Shown here piece by piece: positions 57,981-64,000 of a stretch of DNA of 64,000 nt. The position numbers and the translations under genes are program-made. Every line of letters starts with the position of its first letter. Position 1 is the first letter of the stretch. The notes below the pieces were generated by a model, which was given only the letters and a program-made list of their open reading frames with translations, was not told where the DNA came from and made no database searches. Source of the stretch: Alphaproteobacteria bacterium (GTDB lineage: Bacteria; Pseudomonadota; Alphaproteobacteria; Bin95); contig CBDBGH010000003.1 of assembly GCA_965205265.1 (NCBI GenBank), positions 1,952,001 to 2,016,000 of the forward strand, given 5' to 3'.

Positions 57981-58973
57981 GTGAACGAGGCCGGAAATAC
58001 GGACGCGCTCGCCGCTGCGCTTAGGCGCATGGGGTTGGTCGGGGCGGAGGAGCGGCCCCGCTTCGAGCCGCTGGAGGGCGGTGTCTCCTCGGACATCTAC
58101 CGGGTGGAAACGGCGGCGGGGCCCGTCTGCGTCAAGCGTGCGCTGCCTCGCCTCAAGGTCGCGGCCGACTGGCGCGCCCCGGTGGAGCGCAATGGCTCGG
58201 AAGCAGGCTGGTTCGCGGCCGTGAACGCGCTCCTGCCGGACGCCGCGCCGCGCCTGCTGGGGCAGGACGAAGAGGCGGGCGCACTCGCCATGACATGGCT
58301 TGAGCCGGAGACGCATCCGGTCTGGAAGGCGGAGCTTGCCGCCGGACGGGCCGACGCCGCCTTCGCGCGCGAGGTCGGACGCCGGCTCGCCCTCATCCAC
58401 CGGGCACATGCAGGCGACGGGGCGACCGCCGCCGCCTTCGCGACAGACCCGATCTTCCACGCGATCCGGCTGGAGCCCTACCTGCTGGCGACGGCGGAGC
58501 GGCACCCGGACCTCGCGCCCGCGCTCAACGACCTCGCCGAAGCGACGGCGGCAACGCGCGAAACGCTGGTCCACGGCGATGTCAGCCCGAAGAACATCCT
58601 CGCCGGACCCCGGGGTCCCGTTTTCCTCGACGCCGAATGCGCCTGGTACGGGGACCCCGCCTTCGACATCGCCTTCTGCCTGAACCACATGCTGCTGAAG
58701 AGCGTCTGGAAACCACGGCACGAGGCGGCCTATCTCGCCTGCTTCCGCGCGCTGGTCGAGGGCTACGGGCCGGAGGCGGCGCTGGAGGGGCGCGCGGCGC
58801 GGCTGCTGCCGGGCCTGCTGCTCGCGCGGCTCGACGGCAAGTCGCCGGTGGAATACCTCACCCGCGAGGACGAGAAGGCCCGCCCCCGCGCCTTCGCCCG
58901 CCGCCTGCTGCAACGCCCGCCCGCAAGCCTCGGCGAGATTGCGGCGGCCTGGGAGGAGGGGGCGGCGACGTGA
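57981..58973 (+). CDS. APH/MtnK-like small-molecule kinase
   Basis: LEGGVSSDIY, CVKRALPRLKV..W.APVER, IRLEPY, LVHGDVSPKNIL, LDAECAWYGDPAFD, RLDGKSPVEY. Confidence 0.85.
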   Translation: MNEAGNTDALAAALRRMGLVGAEERPRFEPLEGGVSSDIYRVETAAGPVCVKRALPRLKVAADWRAPVERNGSEAGWFAAVNALLPDAAPRLLGQDEEAGALAMTWLEPETHPVWKAELAAGRADAAFAREVGRRLALIHRAHAGDGATAAAFATDPIFHAIRLEPYLLATAERHPDLAPALNDLAEATAATRETLVHGDVSPKNILAGPRGPVFLDAECAWYGDPAFDIAFCLNHMLLKSVWKPRHEAAYLACFRALVEGYGPEAALEGRAARLLPGLLLARLDGKSPVEYLTREDEKARPRAFARRLLQRPPASLGEIAAAWEEGAAT

Positions 58974-60217
58974 ACGCCTTCGAGATCGAGAGGGTGCGCG
59001 GAAGGCGGGTCTGGGACTCGCGCGGGCGGCCGACGGTGGAGGCCGAAGTGCATCTCGCGGGCGGCGCGGTCGGGCGGGCGATTGCGCCTGCCGGGGCCTC
59101 GACCGGCTCGGGCGAGGCGCTCGACCGGCGCGATGGCGGCGCGGCCTTCGGCGGGCTCGACGTGATGCAGGCGGTAGCCTCGGTCGAGGGCGAGATCGCG
59201 GCCGCGCTCCGGGGCGTCAGTGTCGAGGACCGGGAAGCGGCGGACCGGCGGCTGATCCGGCTGGACGGCACAGAAGACAAGAGACGCCTGGGCGCCAATG
59301 CCTGCGTCGCCGTGTCGATGGCGGCGGCCTGGGCGGGCGCGGCGGCGGCCGGCCTGCCGCTCTGGCGCTGGCTTGCGGGCGAGGGGGCCGTCTCGCTGCC
59401 GGCCCCGGAAATCCAGATCTTCGGCGGCGGCGCCCATGCGGGGCGGCGGGTCGATATCCAGGACTTCATGGTGACCGCGCCGGGCGCTGAGAGCTTCGCG
59501 CAAGCCTGCGCCTGGACCGCCGAGGTCTATCGCGCGGCCGGCCTCCTTATGGCGGAGGCCGGGCGGCTGCGGGGCGTGGCGGACGAGGGCGGCTTCTGGC
59601 CGGATTTCGACACCAATGAGGCCGCGCTCGACATGCTGGCCCGCGCCATCGAGCGCGCCGGCTTCCGGCCGGGCGAGCAGGTCGCCATCGCGCTGGATGT
59701 GGCGGCAAGCGAGTTCGGGCAGGGCGGGCGCTACCGGCTCGCGCTGGAGGACCGGGAACTCGACAGCGAGGGCATGGGCCGCCTCGTCGGCGGCTGGCTC
59801 GCGCGCTACCCGATCGTCTCGGTGGAGGACCCGCTCGGCGAGGACGACTGGGAGGGCTTCGCCGCCTTTACCTCCGCCCATGGCGAGCGCGTGCAGGTGG
59901 TCGGCGACGACCTGCTCGTGACCTCCGCCCGGCGGGTCGGGGAAGCGGCGCGGCGGGGTGCGGCCAACACGCTGCTCATCAAGCCCAACCAGCGCGGCAC
60001 GCTCGCCGAGGCGAAGGCCGCCTGGGACGCCGCGCGCGAGGCGGGTTTCGGCGGCATCGTCTCGGCGCGCTCCGGCGAGACGGAGGATGTGACCATCGTC
60101 CATCTCGCCGTCGGCTGGGGCGCGCCCGGCCTCAAGGTCGGCTCCTTCGCGCGCTCCGAGCGCATGGCCAAGTGGAACGAGGCAATCCGCATAGAGGAAA
60201 GCCTCGCCCGTGCCTGA
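58970..60217 (+). CDS. divergent enolase paralog
   Basis: DSRGRPTVE, GASTG, LGANA, DEGGF, LDVAASEF, SVEDP, VGDDL, LIKPNQ, SARSGETED, RSERMAKWNE. Confidence 0.88.
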   Translation: MNAFEIERVRGRRVWDSRGRPTVEAEVHLAGGAVGRAIAPAGASTGSGEALDRRDGGAAFGGLDVMQAVASVEGEIAAALRGVSVEDREAADRRLIRLDGTEDKRRLGANACVAVSMAAAWAGAAAAGLPLWRWLAGEGAVSLPAPEIQIFGGGAHAGRRVDIQDFMVTAPGAESFAQACAWTAEVYRAAGLLMAEAGRLRGVADEGGFWPDFDTNEAALDMLARAIERAGFRPGEQVAIALDVAASEFGQGGRYRLALEDRELDSEGMGRLVGGWLARYPIVSVEDPLGEDDWEGFAAFTSAHGERVQVVGDDLLVTSARRVGEAARRGAANTLLIKPNQRGTLAEAKAAWDAAREAGFGGIVSARSGETEDVTIVHLAVGWGAPGLKVGSFARSERMAKWNEAIRIEESLARA

Positions 60218-60275
60218 TACCGCCCCGATTGCTGCCCGGACGCCGGTCCAAAGACCGTCTCCCGGACACTCCCTC

Positions 60276-60362
60276 CGTCATGGCCGGACTTGTTCCGGCC
60301 ATCCATTTCCGCCGCCGTAATGGCCCCCAAGGGAGATGCCCGGAAAAAGTCCGGGCATGACG
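60276..60362. repeat. CGTC-tagged double-palindrome repeat, copy D
   Basis: CGTCATGGCCGGACTTGTTCCGGCCATC...GATGCCCGGAAAAAGTCCGGGCATGACG. Confidence 0.9.
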
Positions 60363-60421
60363 ATATGGAGACATGGCGGGAAGACGGCCGAAAGGTGAAA
60401 GGGCCGCGTGCGGGGCGGGCG

Positions 60422-60985
60422 TCAGCCCTGTTCGAGCTCGCTGTCCCAGTAGAGGAAGTCGGACCAGCTCTCATGCAGGAAATTGGGCGGGAAGCTGCGC
60501 CCGTTCTCCTGGAGGCGCCAGACGCTCGGCCGGACGGGGAGCTTCTGGAGCCGCATGCCGGAATCGCGCAGCAGCCGGTCGCCCTTGGCGCGGTTGCAGC
60601 GCCCGCAGGCGGCGACGACATTGGTCCATGCCGTGCGCCCGCCGCGCGAGCGCGGCACCACATGGTCAAAGGTCAGCTCTTCCGGCGGCAGGCGCGCGCC
60701 GCAATACTGGCAGCCGAAGCGGTCGCGCAGGAAGACGTTGAAGCGCGTGAAGGCCGGGTGGCGCGCCGGCGCCACATAGTCCCGCAGCGCGATGACGGAG
60801 GGCAGCCGCATGGCCCAGGTCGGCGAGCGCACCTCACGGTCGTATTCGGCCAGCACCTGCACGCGGTTGAGGAACACGGCCTTGACGCTTTCCTGCCACG
60901 ACCAGAGCGACAGCGGGAAATAGCTGAGCGGGCGGAAATCCGCATTCAGCACCAGCGTCGGCACGCTCTCCACAGGCGGCGTCAC
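60422..60985 (-). CDS. HNH endonuclease (conserved alphaproteobacterial type)
   Basis: LVLNADFRPLSYFPLSLW, FTRFNVFLRD..CQYCG, LTFDHVVPRSRGG, ACGRCN, SWSDFLYWDSEL. Confidence 0.92.
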   Translation of the reverse strand: MTPPVESVPTLVLNADFRPLSYFPLSLWSWQESVKAVFLNRVQVLAEYDREVRSPTWAMRLPSVIALRDYVAPARHPAFTRFNVFLRDRFGCQYCGARLPPEELTFDHVVPRSRGGRTAWTNVVAACGRCNRAKGDRLLRDSGMRLQKLPVRPSVWRLQENGRSFPPNFLHESWSDFLYWDSELEQG

Positions 60986-61123
60986 AGCACCCTCCAAACC
61001 CGGACCGCGAATCGGCCCGGCTCCCACCATAGGTGCGTCCAGCGCCGGCGCGCAAGGCTGGGGCGGCGCGAAAGCCGCGTCAGGCGGACGAAATTGCTGC
61101 GGCGGAAGGATGACGGGCGCGGC

Positions 61124-61529
61124 TCAGCCCCGTTCCATTCCGTCCTCCGCCCCGGCCAATTCCTGCGCAACCTTCGCCAGCAGCGCCCGAACGGCCTCGG
61201 CGGCGGCGTCGCGGTCTATGGCTTCGGTTTCGGGATCGACGCCGGTGCAGCGGAACTGGACGGCGTAGGGCGTGTAGCGTTCGGTTTCGCGCCAGGGTTC
61301 GACATCGGCGCCGCACTCGGCCAGGCGGTCCAGCAGCGTCTTGAGGCTATGGGTCAGCGGGTAAAGCTCGCCCAGCAGCGCCAGCCACGCCTTGAACGCT
61401 TTACTCTATGGCCTGCTGAACATGGAAGCCGAAGCCTTCCTCCGGTCCCTCCGCAGCCAGAATCTGAAGCGAGCGCATATCCTGTTCCGCCGAACGGAGC
61501 ATCAGCCGGGCGCATTTAAGGTCGCTCAT
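61124..61529 (-). pseudogene. HEPN-domain protein, frameshifted
   Basis: MSDLKCARLML..FGFHVQQAIE, then an extra T (GAG-T-AAA-GCG) gives TAA. The other frame continues KAFKAWLALLG..PLTHSL..YTPYAVQFRC. Confidence 0.82.
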
Positions 61530-61851
61530 AGAGCACCCTGCCTTCCCGGAGCGCGCGGGCGAGGACGTGGTTCAGGGAATCGCGCTAGTATTCCCGTTCG
61601 GCGACCGTGAAGACGAGGATGTCTTTGTCCACGCCGAAGCCGGAGGCCGCCCTGTAGAGCCGCACCGACTCGTCCACGCGGCTCCGGCCCGCCCCGAAGG
61701 GCTCGGCCTCGATGACGATCAGGTCCACGTCGGAATGCTCATGCGCATCGCCGCGGGCGCGCGAGCCGAACAGGATCACCTGCTCGGGATCGACCTCCGC
61801 CACGATCGCGCGGACCATCCCGTCCAGCAACTCATCCGTAACCGGGACCAT
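61516..61851 (-). pseudogene. minimal nucleotidyltransferase (MNT) with in-frame stop
   Basis: ILFGSRARGD..SDVDL; TAG at 61585-61587, after which the frame continues RDSLNHVLARALREGRVLYERP* and overlaps the HEPN start. Confidence 0.82.
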
Positions 61852-61897
61852 CGCCCCTCCCTGCCGGCGCGCGTTCCGGGCGGCGATGCCGATGGCG

Positions 61898-62158
61898 TCA
61901 GGCCGCCTGCGGCCTTGCGCGGGTTTCGTCACCCCGGCCCATCAGCAGGCCTTCGACAGAAATGTCCTCGTTGAGTTCGTCCCAATGAAGACCGTTCCCC
62001 GAATAGCCGATCCGGTAGTTTTCCCGCTGCGCCGCCGTTGCGCGTCTCAGCCGCGGAAACCAGACCAGGGGCACGCCGAGCGAGCGCCCGTCATCCAACT
62101 CGACCCACATGGTGTGCGGGTCGAAGGAGACCGCGCGGGCTCTAGTCGAAATGTTCAT
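61898..62158 (-). CDS. DUF2442-domain protein (putative antitoxin)
   Basis: VELDDGRSLGVPLVWFPRL, GLHWDELNEDISVEGLL. Confidence 0.85.
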   Translation of the reverse strand: MNISTRARAVSFDPHTMWVELDDGRSLGVPLVWFPRLRRATAAQRENYRIGYSGNGLHWDELNEDISVEGLLMGRGDETRARPQAA

Positions 62159-62385
62159 TCCAGGCTCTTTCGATTTCTTCCCGACGCCGCCGCACTATGT
62201 CGGCCAATTCCGAAAGCTGCTTGCGGCTGTAGCCGGCGCTCCTAGCAATTCCCACCTCCGGATACAACCAGAATTTCGCCTCGCCGTCACTGCTTTCCGC
62301 GTGGATATGCACCGGCTCCCGGGGGCGCGCCCTCATTCGAGAAGAAGTGGAAGCGAACATTCCGATGGCGAAAGACCACGGGCAC
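62142..62385 (-). pseudogene. DUF4160-domain protein (putative toxin), +1 frameshift
   Basis: MPVVFRHRNVRFHFFSNEGAP / REPVHIHA..EAKFWL..AWNEHFD; frames offset by one extra base in the G5 run at 62321-62325. Confidence 0.8.
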
Positions 62386-62441
62386 AGGATTAATCCGCGG
62401 CGTCTCGGCATGAACGACCGGGACAGGCCGGCAATATCGAT

Positions 62442-62492
62442 CGGACCATCCCGTCCAGAAGCTCGTCCGTAACCGGGACCATCGCCCCTCCC
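62442..62492 (-). repeat. 51-bp near-copy of the MNT RBS and 5' end (partner 61811-61861)
   Basis: 48/51 identity; both read GGAGGGGCG-ATG MVPVTDELLDGMVR. Confidence 0.88.
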
Positions 62493-62596
62493 CGGTCGAG
62501 GATGATGCCGACAGGAGACAGGGTGGGCAAGCGGGCGCAGTTTCGTCTTTGTGCAGCGACAGGCATATTGCGCGCCGGTCCGGAGGGGATTCGAGC

Positions 62597-63799
62597 ATGG
62601 CGCAAACGGCGGAGGCGGGCATAACGGCCGGGGAAAACCGGACGATCGCGCTGATCGGCGCCGGGCATTTCCTGAGCCATTTCTACGCGCTCACCCTGCC
62701 GCCGCTGTTCCTGTTCTTCCGGGAAGAGTTCGGCGTCAGCTATGCGCTGCTGGGCGCGCTGGTGACAGGCTATGCGATGGTGGGCGGCGTGCTCCAAGCG
62801 CCGGTCGGGCTCGCGGTGGACCGCTGGGGCGCCCGGCCGGTGCTGCTGGCGGGCCTTGCGCTCAACGCCGCCGCCATTGCCGCTATCGGATTCGTTTCCA
62901 GCTATTGGGCGCTGGCGCTGCTGGCGGTGGCGGCCGGCATCGGCAACAGCGTCTTCCATCCGGCCGACTATGCGGTGCTGGCGGCGCGCATTCGCGAACA
63001 GCGGCTGCCGCGCGCTTACAGCCTCCACACCTTCCTCGGCTTCTTCGGCACTGCGGTGGCGCCGCTGACGATGGCGGCGCTGGCGGCATTAATGGGTTGG
63101 CGAAACGCCGTCATGCTGGCCGGCGCGGCGGGCATCGCGACCGTGCTGGCGATGGCGATGAGCGGCGGCGCCGTCGCCTCCCCGCCGCGCAACGGGGACG
63201 CGGCAGCGGACGCTGCGCCCGCGCGGTGGCTCTCCCTGCCGATCCTGCTGTTCTTCGGCTTCTTCGCGGCCTACGGCATGGCAAGCGGCGGCATCATGTC
63301 CTTCACGGTCATCGGCCTCGGCAAGCTCTACGGCCTCGACCCGGCATCCGCCGGCGCGGTGCTGACGACGGCGCTGCTGGCGCTCGCGTTCGGCATACTG
63401 GCGGGCGGCGAACTGCCGGACCGCGAACGATGGCAGGTGTATGTCACCGGCGCGGCGCTCATCGGCGGCGGGGCGCTGACGGCGCTTGCCGGCTTCGCCG
63501 ATATCGGCGTTGTCGGCCTCGCCGCGCTGCTGGGGGTTGCCGGGTTCGCAATGGGCGTCGTGCTGCCGGCGCGCGACCTGATCCTCCGGCGGATCACGCC
63601 GCCCGGCAGCACCGGCCGGGTGATCGGCTTCGTATTTGTCGGGCTGTCCGTCGGCGGCGGCCTCGCGCCGCTCCTGTTCGGCTGGACGATGGACCGCGAG
63701 TGGCCGGTCCTGCTGTTCCTCGGCTGCGGGGCCTTCCTCGTTCTCGCCTTTCTCTGCTCCTTCGGCGCGGTTCTCGCCGCCCGGCGCATGCCGCGCTGA
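62597..63799 (+). CDS. MFS transporter
   Basis: GHFLSHFY, GLAVDRWGAR (motif A), GIGNSVFHPAD, about 12 hydrophobic segments. Confidence 0.92.
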   Translation: MAQTAEAGITAGENRTIALIGAGHFLSHFYALTLPPLFLFFREEFGVSYALLGALVTGYAMVGGVLQAPVGLAVDRWGARPVLLAGLALNAAAIAAIGFVSSYWALALLAVAAGIGNSVFHPADYAVLAARIREQRLPRAYSLHTFLGFFGTAVAPLTMAALAALMGWRNAVMLAGAAGIATVLAMAMSGGAVASPPRNGDAAADAAPARWLSLPILLFFGFFAAYGMASGGIMSFTVIGLGKLYGLDPASAGAVLTTALLALAFGILAGGELPDRERWQVYVTGAALIGGGALTALAGFADIGVVGLAALLGVAGFAMGVVLPARDLILRRITPPGSTGRVIGFVFVGLSVGGGLAPLLFGWTMDREWPVLLFLGCGAFLVLAFLCSFGAVLAARRMPR

Positions 63800-63819
63800 G
63801 CCCGGTTCTTCCGGGCCGG

Positions 63820-64000
63820 CTAAGGCCCCGCATCCTCCAGCATCATGTAGGCTGCCTTTTCGGCGATCATCATGGTGGGAGCGTGCGTGTTGCCGTTGGT
63901 GAGGGTGGGCATGACCGAGGCGTCCGCGACGCGCAGGCCCGACACGCCATGCACGCAAAGGCGCGGATCGACCACCGCCATCGGGTCCGTGCCCATCTTG
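63820..64000 (-). CDS. GMC oxidoreductase, C-terminal end (runs off the window)
   Basis: [47 protein letters not shown]. Confidence 0.9.
   Translation of the reverse strand, partial: KMGTDPMAVVDPRLCVHGVSGLRVADASVMPTLTNGNTHAPTMMIAEKAAYMMLEDAGP

Noticed and set aside
60422-60985. HNH nuclease as part of a defence system with the TA genes
   Set aside because: Matches a widely conserved stand-alone alphaproteobacterial HNH type; no methylase or other defence partner is visible.
61585-61587. In-frame TAG in MNT as recoding (pyrrolysine or readthrough)
   Set aside because: Neighbouring genes also carry lesions, TAG is an ordinary stop elsewhere in the window, and no pyl genes are seen.
62546-62562. 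TTTGTGCAGCGACAG as a further PhaR site before the MFS gene
   Set aside because: Second half-site does not match GCA; too weak.

Overview
High-GC (roughly 70% by eye) alphaproteobacterial chromosome window, most consistent with a Rhodospirillales-like organism (tRNA-His keeps G-1:C73; glnB-glnA, phaR/phbB and dsbA-DUF721-mutY-mmcB gene orders). Mostly core and catabolic genes: lptE-holA, tRNA-His-NUDIX-nnr-mcd-tpiA, sigma54 glnB-glnA, etfBA-hbd, a PHA locus, an early-cobalt-insertion cobalamin cluster, and many oxidoreductases, including three LLM/F420-type enzymes. Accessory structure visible directly in the sequence: (1) an intact IS1634-family element splitting maeB, with a 38-bp target duplication and a 12-bp internal direct repeat; (2) four copies of a CGTC-tagged double-hairpin repeat, one of which has its centre replaced by a decayed IS4 with inverted rather than direct flanks; (3) a kinase plus divergent enolase paralog (active-site E->D and H->A) bracketed by two of these repeats; (4) a decayed toxin-antitoxin cluster (HEPN, MNT and DUF4160 each broken by one point lesion). 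All product calls come from motif recognition by eye; no database searches were run.
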